Source: Naegleria gruberi (Eukaryota). Taken from it: a DNA stretch of 64,000 nt. Position 1 is the first letter of the stretch. Every line of letters begins with the position of its first letter. The stretch is taken from assembly GCA_000004985.1 (NCBI GenBank), contig GG738908.1; one strand, 5' to 3'. The position numbers and the translations under genes are program-made. The notes beneath the pieces are model-generated. The model was given only the letters and a program-made list of their open reading frames with translations, made no database searches and was not told the DNA's origin. Positions 10,326 to 21,550 of the stretch are shown here, one piece after another.

Positions 10326-12308
10326 ATGCCACAAGTATCCATTCGGTATGATCAAGGTTTGATATGGGAGAAAAACATCCCTTTTCAAACTGCAGTTTCA
10401 AATGTTCTAGAAGATTTCAAAGCCTTAACCGGTCACTCTTGGAAATTTTACTCTTCAAAGTGGGTGCTAAACGAGAGACTCAGAATAGAACATGATCTGA
10501 TACTTGAGGCAAAACGTACTAACAATCCCATCACAGTTTCGGTTTGCAGATCAAATTTCTTATCTAACGAAATTGTTAATGTAGTAGTTACTCTATCTAG
10601 GGACCAGCAAATAGGGGATGCACTAGAAACGTTTCTCCATGCTAATTCTGGACAGTTTGGTTTTATTATCAACAACAAACCTGTTGTCAGCAGTGATGAG
10701 TGTAGCTGGTATTGCAGAGACAATGTTATCATCATACACGCTACTGTGGCAGCAGTTATGGTTCCTGGTAAAGACTATTCTGTCCACAAAAAACAATACC
10801 TGTTCTTTGACAAAACTTTATTTATCAAACGAGCTATAGAAACAACAGCAGCAGGGTTTCCAATTGTAATTTTAAGACCCAGAAGATTTGGAAAGTCTTT
10901 CAACTTGAGAATGCTTAGGGCATTTGTTGATATTAAGCAAACAGAAGATTTATTTTCAAGAACAAAAATTGAGAAACATATCACATTTTGGGAGAATCAT
11001 TATCACAAACATCCTGTTGTCTCTTTGTCTTTCGGTATGAAACCATTTTCTTCCTTTACTGCGTTTGTTTCGAACCTATGGATGTACATATCTAAGGCGG
11101 CTGAACGCTACCAAGAGTTGGAAACAAGTTCCAAATTGAATGAAATGGAGAAATCTCAATTTAAAAAGATACTCTCAGGCAATTGTGATGAAAGTTCCTT
11201 ATCTTTACTGATTGGCTTACTCTACAGACACTTTAATTCTAAGGTTGTTTTATTGATCGATGAATATGAAACTCCAGTCCTGGCACATATTAATTCAACA
11301 TTTTCAAAAGAGGTTCTAGATTTATTCTTTGGCATGTTCATATTCTTGAAAAATGATGAGTTCATTTTGGAAAAGATACAAACAGTACTTTTTAGTGGGG
11401 TGATTTTATTGAAAGATAAAGGATACCTGTCTGGAATGAATAATTTAGTTGCTTACTCTCTGGATAAAGACAATTACTTTAGTGAAGATTTTGGAGTTAC
11501 TGAAAATGAGCTATGCCAATTTCTTACTACTTTAAGACATGGAGAAGATGTTAGTCTTGAGCTTACCAAATTGAAATCATGGTACAATGGCTATGATGTT
11601 AACAATACTCCCAAATTTCTGTTCAATGTTTGGTCGCTGAGTTGTTATTTCTCGTTTGGTAGAACTGATTATTATTGGATTAAAACAGGATCGATTGATG
11701 AACTTGCAATGTTAATCAACTCATCTTGTGTCGATGTTATTGGTGATCTTGAATTGTTAATCAATGGAAAGGAGATAAGGAAAAAATTCTCTTCAAGTGT
11801 TGACTATAAGGCCCTTTCTTTAGAATGCTCAAGAGAAAAAACCTCACTCTTTTGGCAGATGATGTATTATGCTGGATATTTAACAGGATCTAATTCAAAG
11901 ACCAAACTATTTCATCTTGAGCAACCCAATGAGAATGACGACGATGTGATACGTTTGAGGATTCCAAACTTTGAGGTAAAATCAGCTGTTTGCGAACTAA
12001 TGGAACGCCTTCAAAGACACCCAAATCTAATTCTAAACGAAACTGTTTTTATTGTGCTAACCTTTAAAGGTGCTACACATGCCATCTATCAAACAATTGA
12101 ACTTACCAACTATTACAAATGGATCAATTGTTTCGAAGAGGAACTAGAATGCAAAGGCGTTGATGAAAAGTATTCTATCAAGTACTATTTCCCGAAATTA
12201 GAACAGTACTGTTCATTCACAAAATCTGCATGTAAAACAGTATTTCCTACTTTTACAAATAAAGAATTTAAATTTGTTATTGAAAATAAGATGGAAACTG
12301 ATAAATGA
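10326..12308 (+). CDS. Predicted AAA-ATPase-like domain protein (AAA-ATPase_like/DUF1703 type)
   Basis: The motif FPIVILRPRRFGKSFNLRMLRAFVD matches the 'predicted AAA-ATPase' family P-loop-like RPRRFGKS signature. The true ATG is at 10326; the track start at 10293 is a GTG. Confidence 0.5.
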   Translation: MPQVSIRYDQGLIWEKNIPFQTAVSNVLEDFKALTGHSWKFYSSKWVLNERLRIEHDLILEAKRTNNPITVSVCRSNFLSNEIVNVVVTLSRDQQIGDALETFLHANSGQFGFIINNKPVVSSDECSWYCRDNVIIIHATVAAVMVPGKDYSVHKKQYLFFDKTLFIKRAIETTAAGFPIVILRPRRFGKSFNLRMLRAFVDIKQTEDLFSRTKIEKHITFWENHYHKHPVVSLSFGMKPFSSFTAFVSNLWMYISKAAERYQELETSSKLNEMEKSQFKKILSGNCDESSLSLLIGLLYRHFNSKVVLLIDEYETPVLAHINSTFSKEVLDLFFGMFIFLKNDEFILEKIQTVLFSGVILLKDKGYLSGMNNLVAYSLDKDNYFSEDFGVTENELCQFLTTLRHGEDVSLELTKLKSWYNGYDVNNTPKFLFNVWSLSCYFSFGRTDYYWIKTGSIDELAMLINSSCVDVIGDLELLINGKEIRKKFSSSVDYKALSLECSREKTSLFWQMMYYAGYLTGSNSKTKLFHLEQPNENDDDVIRLRIPNFEVKSAVCELMERLQRHPNLILNETVFIVLTFKGATHAIYQTIELTNYYKWINCFEEELECKGVDEKYSIKYYFPKLEQYCSFTKSACKTVFPTFTNKEFKFVIENKMETDK

Positions 12309-12400
12309 AGCATTTCTATAATTAAAGTTATTATTTTTTAATTAATATTGAGCCTTAATACATAAATATTAATATTTAAATGTTATAAAAAATAAGAAAA

Positions 12401-13830
12401 ATGCTTCACTTATTACACCCATATTATGGCTACTCGGAGGGGTGTAATCTCACATCTGCCGAATCATTAAGGCAAACAATGATGAAATTGGAATCGGATG
12501 ACAATGATCATGATATCGGAGTGAAATTAAACAAAGAATTGAGAAGAAGAAAGATCAACGTGACGAAGGTTGTTTGTGCTTTTGGACTAGTACTATTCCT
12601 TATTACAGGTAATTTTTCTTTCATACATAAACCGATGAAATTATGGAATTGCATAGATAATTCATCCGTCTATGCTTTAGGTCCAAATTCAATTCCTAGT
12701 GGTGCTAAATATGCTCCATCGGAATTTGTTGATAATGGTTATTTGAAAGAACCTTATCTAATTATTGATGGAAATGAAATTCCAGTTAGAGATATAATTT
12801 CCTCTTCATCTCATAATCTGTTTTTGACCTATAATAATGATATTTATGGATGTGGACATAATGGAAGAATGCAAATGTACACAAATTCAAAGAAATCATT
12901 TTCTGATTTGGAAGAAGTTACAAAATTATCAATTCCAAACGCTGGAAATCCAAAGTTTAAACTTGCTTCTTCAGGTAATTGTTGGAATTGTTTTTATATT
13001 AATTAATTATGAATATTGAAACAGGAACTGATTTTAGCATTTGTATTACAGATGATAACAAGATGTTTGCAAGTGGAGTTAATTATTCGGGACAATGTGG
13101 AATTGGCTCTTCAAAACCTCAATTCATGGCCATGATAGACTATGAGAGCCAGTTATTATCATTAGATCCAAATTCTAATTGTGAAATTATTGAAATACAT
13201 TCAAACGATAACTCTACAATCTTCAGAACTAGTGAAGGGAAATTGTATGGATTTGGAAACCATTCTTATGGATGTTTTGGTTTGGGGGAGGATATCGAAA
13301 GAGAAAATCATGAAATATGTCGGGTTGGTAGTGGATCAAAAGAATTTATGAAAGAAAAGTGTATTTCCTTCTCATGTGGAATGTTCTTTGTTTGTGCTAT
13401 CACCGAATCAAATCATTTATATGCATTTGGATATAATAATTGTCATCAATTATCAGCTAAGGATTTGCACACTGTTTATACACCTGTCAAGATTAACTTG
13501 ACTGATTGTCTTTCCAATAATGCCAGTAATATTCCAGGTTACAGTGGGTTAGTTTCATCAGTAGTATGTGGAGGTTATTCCACTTTTGCTCTTTCCATGG
13601 ACAATAAGATATACATAACAGGTTATTTCAAATCAGATGACATTATCAAAAGTTTTAAATGCTTGACAGAATTTGAATTGGAAAGCAAAACCCCAATTCA
13701 AATGAGTAACGGTGATTTTCACTCTGCAATTCTAGTCAAGTATGATTATATTTCACATTTATTCCCTAGACTATCAACATTGCTTCAAATAGCTTACCTA
13801 AGTGATGTTTGTTTTCATTTTGATTGTTGA
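12401..13830 (+). CDS. RCC1-like repeat protein, two exons
   Basis: Exons 12401..12974 and 13025..13830. The 50-nt intron 12975..13024 runs from G|GTAATT (phase 1) to AACAG|GA and fuses ORFs 12401..13006 and 13009..13830 in frame (...KLASSG-TDFSICITDD...). RCC1 repeats: YGCGHNGRMQ, SGVNYSGQCGIGS, YGFGNHSYGCFGLGE and YAFGYNNCHQLSA. Confidence 0.65.
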
Positions 13831-13964
13831 AGCCTAAGATAAATATTGGAATATCAAGAAGAAGCTTTGTTGTTTGGTCACTTAAGTATTTTGTACTGGA
13901 AAAACCAGACAAACAAGATGTATAATCAATTCCACAAAATAGTGTTACTATTTATTATTCCATT

Positions 13965-16900
13965 CTATAAATGGACATTATCATTCTTATTCAACACCTT
14001 GTGGAAGTGGTGAATTGATAAGAAATAAGCCTCTGGTCTACCACTAAGATCAACCCACTCTTGTGTGGTCATATCATTTTCATGATTGAACCACAATCTG
14101 AAAATATGGTGTCTGGCAGGAACCCATGTGTGGTTAGTTACTGAATCAGTAAACAATGTAATACCTTGGAATTCACCCTCCAGAAGCATCTTGACCTTTT
14201 CCTTGAAAAGTGGAATATTTGGTGAATATAATGCTCGAGAGAATGCCATAGCATCACCCTGACCTCTCTTTCTTCCAAAAATCATACCAGCAGCTTCATA
14301 AATATCAGAAGTGGAAGCAAAGAGAGAGGCAACTCTGGCCACACTACAAGAGTTCATTTCTGAGATAAAGTTTGCATAGAGTCCGTTTCTCTTGTTTTGT
14401 ACATGTTCTAGAACAATTTTTCTCAAATAGTTAGTACGTTCCTCTTGGGTGGATGAGAATGGTGAAATGTATTCATTTCTTTGGATAGCCTCTCTTCTAT
14501 TAGCATTCTTTTGATGATTAATGGTTTGAATAAGGAGGCAGATCTTGGCTGAATTATCAATATCCAAAACAATTTCATTTTGTTGTCCCATCCAGTTATT
14601 GATCTTTACAAGGTACTTTTGAATTCTCTTTTGGAAAACCTCAGAAAGCTTTGTATACAATTCTTCAGCCTTTGGTGTGAGCTCTGTTAAATTCAAAATA
14701 TAATCTTCAATGTCTTGGTTTTCATTAACAGTTTCCTTAACAGTTTCAGTTGATGTGGTTCCAGACGATTCAGTTGAAACAACAGGAGTATTTGAAATTC
14801 CCAACATGCTTCTAATAGTTTCTCCATAGTGAGTTTCTTGAGATGAACTGTTGTTAATCATTTCACGATACTTTTCCTTCTTGATTTCTACAAATTCAGT
14901 AATCATCTTGTTAGTGTCGATACCAAGTAATGAGAACCACAAATCAACAGTAACTTCATCTAAATTCAATGAGAATCCACCCTTTCTTCTCAATTCTTCT
15001 TCAGCAATATTCTTGAAGAATAATCCCATGTCCACAGAGTTTACATCAACATATCCCAGCTTTTGGGCACAGATTAATTGGGCTAGGAATACTTCATTAT
15101 TTGGAATAACGTCTACAGTTCTGGTTTCTGGCTTGGTATTGTAATCAGTTAAGAGCTTTAACAATGTTTCAGACATCTTTTCTTGCATGTGTTCAGATGA
15201 GCATTCTTTTACAATTTGTAAACAAGTGTCCATAACAAGGTTTAATCTCATACTTTGGAATTCTGTGAGTTCAGATTCTGAACTTTCTTGTAATAACTTA
15301 TTGAGAACCAAGAATGGAATAGTCTTGAATTGTTCGAAAGCATATCCCATAATATCCAATGTTGCAATAAATCCCAAAATTGGCTTCATCTTTTGTCTGG
15401 AAACCTTCCAATGTTCTTCGCTGATAAACAATGGAAGAACTGCATTGATGCTTTCTCTTGAAGCACCAGAAATAATCTTAGCTTCATTTGGATTATGTTG
15501 TTCATTGACTCGAACATCCTTGAAACCACCATGAGAACTTTCTACATTATAAGCACTTCCAATAGAGAAGGTAACTGAGTCAAGGAAAGATTCCGCTGAC
15601 ATAAGAGATGTGGAAACTGAACTAATTTGAACCTTGCTAGAATCAGCAATAGCTGTTTGAGGACGATTGACCTGTAATCCCAAACATAAACAGTCCTTAT
15701 CTTGCAAGAGATCGATCCAATTACAACATGTGTAAAAACATGGTCCTATTTCATCTGCTTGCTTGGAGTACTTTCCCTTAATTTCTTCAAAATTCATAGT
15801 ATCTACAGAATTTTTGATTATTTCTTCTGCCTTTTCGAACAATTCAACATTGTTTTGAGCTCTTTGATCCAACTTCTTTTGTAAACTTCTCTTGGTAATA
15901 GATCTGTAAGCTAAAGAATTGAGGTTGGCAATCTTTTCATTGGAAAGAGTTCCAACCATAGATTCAGCTAAAACCTTGTTGAAATTCGCCAATGAATCAA
16001 AGATAGGTTCAATCAATTGGAAAAGAGCTCTTCTAACAGATCTGTCACGATTCTTTCTAATGTCTGAACTAATAGATTCCAGCTTTTCTTCAATAGTCTT
16101 TCCCTTGGTGTGAATCTCCTCCAATGAAGTAGTTTCGCTTGAGATGGTTCCAGCAGCTTCAATCAAAAATCTTTCAATTGACTTGATTTGTAAGGAGAGC
16201 TTTTCTATTGATGATGGTTCGCTTCTTTCGAATGCTTCTAACGATACAGGTACAGTTGTATTTTCGAATTCTAGGTAAATTTGAGATTCTGGAGCCAGTT
16301 CAATATTAATGAAAGATTGGAAAGTTATTAATCCATCATCATTTTCCAAATTAATCCTTTCCTTCAAAATTTCAATTCCTTCCTTATCCTTGACAATTAA
16401 ATTACAAGTCAAAGAACTTCCCTTTACAAGTTCAGTTAAACAATTAACACAAGTTGAAATAGAAGAAGCAGATTCAGCATATTGGAAAGTACCTTGAGCT
16501 GATCCCAATCTTGTCATATCTGTCAATAATCTTGCATCGTGTCCTGATGAAAAACCAATTGTATGGAACTCAAACGATTCACTCTCAGTTGTTAATCTCT
16601 TCTTCATCATGTCAATTGCAGTTTCTCTATTGCCATTATAACCATCTTGACCATCAGTAAAGAACACGATAGCAATTTGTCCATCCAACGCACCAGTAAA
16701 TAATCTAATAGCATCAAATACACATGCAAAATCAGTACCACCTCCTGCATGCACTCTTTGAACTTGATTTAACTTTTCAGTAAGTGACATTCTTGACATG
16801 TCAATCAATTCAGCACTTGTATCATAAGGAATGAATAGTACTCTCTCATTGTGACCATCAATATTTGTCAAGAGTGATTCCAGTGCCAATTTTGCTTCAG

Positions 16901-17123
16901 AGATGGCAGATCCACTCATTGATCCCGAACGATCAAGAGCAATGACCAGCAATTTACCTCTCTTTGATGATAATTCTTCCACATTTTGACCTTCCATTCT
17001 CAGCTGCATGGAAATTATATTCATGATTGATGAATCCAATGGAGACTCCACTTGGACCATCTTTTGCTTTTCAATACGAAATACAACTCCAGATGAAGTT
17101 GTTTGTTCTTCTTGGTGAGACAT
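13965..17123 (-). CDS. Large protein with an N-terminal von Willebrand factor A (vWA) domain
   Basis: MIDAS-type motif LLVIALDRSGSMSGSAI...VHAGGGTDFACVFDAI...IAIVFFTDGQDG. The true ATG is at 17123 (MSHQEEQ...); the track start at 17162 is a GTG. The remaining ~850 aa are unassigned. Confidence 0.6.
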   Translation of the reverse strand: MSHQEEQTTSSGVVFRIEKQKMVQVESPLDSSIMNIISMQLRMEGQNVEELSSKRGKLLVIALDRSGSMSGSAISEAKLALESLLTNIDGHNERVLFIPYDTSAELIDMSRMSLTEKLNQVQRVHAGGGTDFACVFDAIRLFTGALDGQIAIVFFTDGQDGYNGNRETAIDMMKKRLTTESESFEFHTIGFSSGHDARLLTDMTRLGSAQGTFQYAESASSISTCVNCLTELVKGSSLTCNLIVKDKEGIEILKERINLENDDGLITFQSFINIELAPESQIYLEFENTTVPVSLEAFERSEPSSIEKLSLQIKSIERFLIEAAGTISSETTSLEEIHTKGKTIEEKLESISSDIRKNRDRSVRRALFQLIEPIFDSLANFNKVLAESMVGTLSNEKIANLNSLAYRSITKRSLQKKLDQRAQNNVELFEKAEEIIKNSVDTMNFEEIKGKYSKQADEIGPCFYTCCNWIDLLQDKDCLCLGLQVNRPQTAIADSSKVQISSVSTSLMSAESFLDSVTFSIGSAYNVESSHGGFKDVRVNEQHNPNEAKIISGASRESINAVLPLFISEEHWKVSRQKMKPILGFIATLDIMGYAFEQFKTIPFLVLNKLLQESSESELTEFQSMRLNLVMDTCLQIVKECSSEHMQEKMSETLLKLLTDYNTKPETRTVDVIPNNEVFLAQLICAQKLGYVDVNSVDMGLFFKNIAEEELRRKGGFSLNLDEVTVDLWFSLLGIDTNKMITEFVEIKKEKYREMINNSSSQETHYGETIRSMLGISNTPVVSTESSGTTSTETVKETVNENQDIEDYILNLTELTPKAEELYTKLSEVFQKRIQKYLVKINNWMGQQNEIVLDIDNSAKICLLIQTINHQKNANRREAIQRNEYISPFSSTQEERTNYLRKIVLEHVQNKRNGLYANFISEMNSCSVARVASLFASTSDIYEAAGMIFGRKRGQGDAMAFSRALYSPNIPLFKEKVKMLLEGEFQGITLFTDSVTNHTWVPARHHIFRLWFNHENDMTTQEWVDLSGRPEAYFLSIHHFHKVLNKNDNVHL

Positions 17124-17550
17124 TTTTTTTTCAAAGTTCATCCTTGTTGATTTGATTCCCACAAGATGTATTTATGCAAAACCTGTGGTGCATTTTCAAA
17201 AGTGATAAATGGATAATAATTGAGTGATGAGTGCATTTTAAAGAACGATCAATTGGATGAATTTTAATGCTACATGAATTTTGTTGTGTTGTTTAGTTGA
17301 TATTTGTGAAGTATCATTACAATGCATTTATTTTTTGATCCAATAAGCTGGAGTGATTTTCTCATATTGAGTATTCCATAATGTTGTTCTAATCTAAGTG
17401 GTCCCAATCCGATTGCATAATAAAACTTTCCCAATAATATTTTAACTTTCGAACAGTAACATTAAAATTTCAGTAAAACCAATGTTCATCACCAGCATTA
17501 CAATGACCCAAATAGTTAACATAAAAATCCGATATCCGTTCAAAAAAAAA

Positions 17551-18956
17551 ATGCTCAACTGGAAAGCTCCTCTCAGATTTTATTTATTTATTGTTGTTAT
17601 CAGCAGCTTCTTTACCTTGTCTATAATTCACAACAGCTTTGCCAAACCACTTTTCGGAGAGATACAAACAACATCACTCAATCAGAATATTATTTTCAAA
17701 CATGGGAGAGTGCTTCCGATCACGAATCAAACACTTCCTGTCGTATTCGATTGGTCGGGTGTGAGTATTACCTCTGCTTTTAGAATGGATAGTGAACAAG
17801 TTTTGGATATTAAAGTTCAACTCACAATGCACGATGTTGGAAATTTGTATAATGTTTACTTGTGGAAGGAAACTGAAAATGGTCCAAGAAAATTAGTTTC
17901 CAATCAGATTTTGACAACTATTTCATCACCAATTCCAAAGCAGTATACTGTTAGATTTACATTCCTTGGTGATCCAGAGGCATTATTCGTTTTTGAATTT
18001 GAAAAGAGAACTGAGGCCTTCCTTGGAACTGTTACATTATCTGATGTACAATTAATAAGTACTTTGGATGTTCAATTAGTTGAACAAGAAACAAGTCAAA
18101 CAAAAGGTTCAAATGGGAAATTAATTGTTGAGTTTCTTGGCGATTCTCTTTCTTGTGCATATGGTTTGTAATCATTTAATTAATATGGTCACTTTACAAT
18201 TTTCATTCTTTAGGAAATCTTGGAAAGCCACCATGTGGATATAGTGTAACCACTCAAGATGTTCATCAAAGCTTTGTTGTCAAGACAGCTCAGTATTTAC
18301 AAGCTGATGAGTATCATGTCGAATGTTACAGGTTAGTTTAAATTAATTCATAAATTAGTAACCATCTAATATTCTTGTTATAATGACGACATGCCTTAAT
18401 CTCATACATGGTGGATATGTTTTCAATATTGAATGTAAAATGTTTTTGCAGTGGAAAAGGAGTGGTTAGAAATTATGCAGATCCTTCATCCACATCTAAG
18501 GATCCTTATCCAGTTTATTATCCACGAACTGTTGCCAATCAAAACATTTCCAATTGGAACTTTACAGACTACATTCCAAGTCTCGTTGTTATTACTCTGG
18601 GTGGCAATGATTTCTCAACTGCACCTAGACCTTCCTATGAACAATATTATGGTGGATATATTAATTTATTGAACTTTGTTTATGGAAAATACCTTGCCAA
18701 AAAGCCTGACCTTAAAGTAGTTCTTGTTTGTGGCCCATTAGAGTTCGATTGTTGGGAAAATTACACTGAAAGAGTTTCAAATCAAGCAGCTCCTCAATTT
18801 CCTCAAAACTCACTCTATTTCCTTTCAATGCATAATTTATTGAATCAAAATACCGACATTGGTTGTGCATCTCATCCAAATGTTCAAGGAGATGAGAAGA
18901 TGGCCAAATTACTGTCCTCCTTCATTCAAAACAAGGTCTTATTACCTAGTCATTAA
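17551..18956 (+). CDS. GDSL/SGNH-family esterase/lipase, secreted, three exons
   Basis: Exons 17551..18163, 18214..18331 and 18452..18956. Introns are 18164..18213 (G|GTTTGT...TTAG, 50 nt) and 18332..18451 (AG|GTTAGT...TGCAG, 120 nt). Block I is FLGDSLSCAYG, block III is ITLGGNDF, and the C-terminal block is GCASHPN. The signal peptide is MLNWKAPLRFYLFIVVISSFFTLSIIHNSFA. The splices fuse ORFs 17482..18171 and 18408..18956. Confidence 0.65.
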
Positions 18957-19621
18957 ATAATTAATATTAATAATATACAACACTATTAAGTACTGTAACA
19001 CCACCATTCTGAAACATCCATCTCTCTAATTTGAACTATAATTTTCATGTCTCTTTTATAAAAAACATCTCTTTATTTACTCAAATTGACAAAATCCATA
19101 AAAGTGGCATCCCGTTCTAACTTCGAATGGAGAGATGCGGAGATTAAACAACTTCAAGTGTGAAAAGATTCTTCAGTATTACTGCGGATGCCTTTTTTTC
19201 TTTATTTCCACTTGTTTGCCTTTTTTCAACTCAAAACAACAAGGTCACAACACTTAAATCTCCAACAGTGAGAATACTTTGAAAAAGTGCCTAGATTCAC
19301 TCTAGCTAAATCAACTAACTCTCAAACTTTGAAGTTTATTTCCAACACAACACAATATCCAAATAGGTCTATCTTTTTTACAAGCTCTCCGTTTGCTTGA
19401 TGTGTGGATAACTTGTGTCTTCTCTCCATAATATATTACTCTTCTTGTCGACCATCTCTCTCAATTTGTAAATCGACAATTTCTGTTGTTGTTGTTTGAC
19501 ATATATTGAAAAATCAAGTCGAAAACACAATTAAGCACACCACAACACAAACCGACCTACTATTGTATCCTTGTATCATCATCTTTAATCATCATCATCA
19601 TAACAATTATTTTAATACATA

Positions 19622-21274
19622 ATGAAATTTCAAATCAATAAGGAGCAAATACAGCAATACTTTCATCTACCATTGGAAGAGGCTGCTATCAAGTTGGGAT
19701 GTTGCTCCTCTGTTCTGAAGAGAACATGTAGACAATTAGGTATTAAACGATGGCCCTACCGAAGAATGAAAAGCCTCTCAAAACGACAAAATCAACTCCA
19801 ACAACAATTAACAACCCTCCACGATCAATACATGAAGAGTAGGAAACAATTGGAAGATGTTGAAGGAGAGATGGATGTTATTATCAAGGAAGAATTGAGT
19901 GGTATTGCTGAAGGTGCTACTGTCATTATAGATGATGCAAATATTGATGTTGATCCAACACTGGATTATGATCAGAATGATATTATTAATATTAATACTG
20001 CTTCTTCTTCAACTGGTAATCCTACTACTTTTAACTTTAATAACAACTTTGAAATCATGTTGATTCCTTCATCATCAACATCATCAACATCTTCACCACC
20101 TTCAAGTAGTACATTGGCATCATCGTCTTCGGTATCATCTCTTCCTAATCATCATGTACATACATCATCCTCATATGTTTCTCCACAACAACAACAACCA
20201 TCAAAACCTGTTATTTCTCCATCACAACAACATGTTATTAGAGATGTTGAGTTGAACATGCAGCACAACAACAATAGCAACATGGATATGATGATGCCTA
20301 TTCATAATGCGAGTTCTAATTCGTTCACTGCTCCATCCACATCCTTCAATAACAACCTTCATCGTACAATGTGTGAATCCAATAATGGAGATCCAATTTC
20401 AATGACTACTAACATGCATATTTCTCCTCAGCAACAACAAGTAGGTCATCAGCAACATGCTAACAATCTTTGCAATACATCATTACATGAATCATTTGAC
20501 CATGCTTTTGGAAATGTTGTGAATAATAATCAATTTATGCAATCTTCGCATGTTGATGCTAATAAGCACTCATGTAATGGAATATCAAATACAGCATCAT
20601 CAAGTAGTAGTGGATGGAATAATGAAAAATCAGAATTGGATACATCTCAATATAATAATTTGGATAATGAACACTCGTTCGATGCATCTGTACATGAATC
20701 AATTAATACTGCTGATTATACAACGAGAGGGAGAGGAGGTTATTCATTTCCAAATCATAAACATGATTCAAGTAGGTCACCATCATCAAATTATGCCATG
20801 CAACATGTGGAGCCATGTTTTAGACCATTAATTTCAACATTGGATGGAGTGAATGTAAATGCTGCACTAACTAATGATAGAGGAGTGTTAATGTGGTTTT
20901 CTAAGGGGCTAATGGAAACACTCCCATCCTATTTTAATACAAAGGCAGTGAATAAGGATTATACTAAGGATGATACATTTAAAGGATCAACTATTGATGT
21001 ATATGAATCGTTTTATAGAAGAAGAGCCACACATGGAACTATTAGAATGATTCAGTGCTTTTTTGAAAGATATGTAGTGGTGGATAGTCATGGAGTGATG
21101 CTTGATCATTACTCTGCGCATCCATCTGCTGGATCGCATTACATGTGGTATTTGCATGTGAGGAAGGAAACTGATTTTTCTCTCATTTCATCTTATTTCA
21201 ATCCTTCCGATAGAAATAAGGCACTTCAGTTTGGGGTACCTTATACTTTCGAATTGGAGGATGACAACAAGTAG
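19622..21274 (+). CDS. RWP-RK domain transcription factor (Q/N/S-rich)
   Basis: The N-terminal HLPLEEAAIKLGCCSSVLKRTCRQLGIKRWPYRRMKSL is an RWP-RK DNA-binding motif. It is followed by long poly-S/N/Q low complexity. ATG at 19622. Confidence 0.7.
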   Translation: MKFQINKEQIQQYFHLPLEEAAIKLGCCSSVLKRTCRQLGIKRWPYRRMKSLSKRQNQLQQQLTTLHDQYMKSRKQLEDVEGEMDVIIKEELSGIAEGATVIIDDANIDVDPTLDYDQNDIININTASSSTGNPTTFNFNNNFEIMLIPSSSTSSTSSPPSSSTLASSSSVSSLPNHHVHTSSSYVSPQQQQPSKPVISPSQQHVIRDVELNMQHNNNSNMDMMMPIHNASSNSFTAPSTSFNNNLHRTMCESNNGDPISMTTNMHISPQQQQVGHQQHANNLCNTSLHESFDHAFGNVVNNNQFMQSSHVDANKHSCNGISNTASSSSSGWNNEKSELDTSQYNNLDNEHSFDASVHESINTADYTTRGRGGYSFPNHKHDSSRSPSSNYAMQHVEPCFRPLISTLDGVNVNAALTNDRGVLMWFSKGLMETLPSYFNTKAVNKDYTKDDTFKGSTIDVYESFYRRRATHGTIRMIQCFFERYVVVDSHGVMLDHYSAHPSAGSHYMWYLHVRKETDFSLISSYFNPSDRNKALQFGVPYTFELEDDNK

Positions 21275-21550
21275 ATTGGTCATCTTTGTAGATTTAATTT
21301 ATTGTTGCCAACTGTAGTTTAAAATTCTATTGATTCATGTTCTTTTTGATTGAGGTTATTGTGAAGATAGAATTTATGAAACTTAGTTTTCGGTTCAAAA
21401 TCATGGCTTAACCTAATTGTGGAATGGATTTGGAATAATTGGATAATATTTTGAAACAATCTTCCCAAATCACCTTGGTTTTGAGAAACTGAAATTGACA
21501 CTTTCTTTTGAAACAAAATCAATCTTGGTGTTTACTTTGTTTTTTTAACA

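Noticed and set aside
17124-17162. Track start codons at 17162 (GTG), 10293 (GTG), 25408 (TTG), 28571 (TTG), 32410 (TTG), 36708 (TTG), 42570 (TTG) and 43458 (TTG)
   Set aside because: The ORF track treats TTG and GTG as Met. Real eukaryotic starts were re-assigned to the first ATG or to upstream exons.
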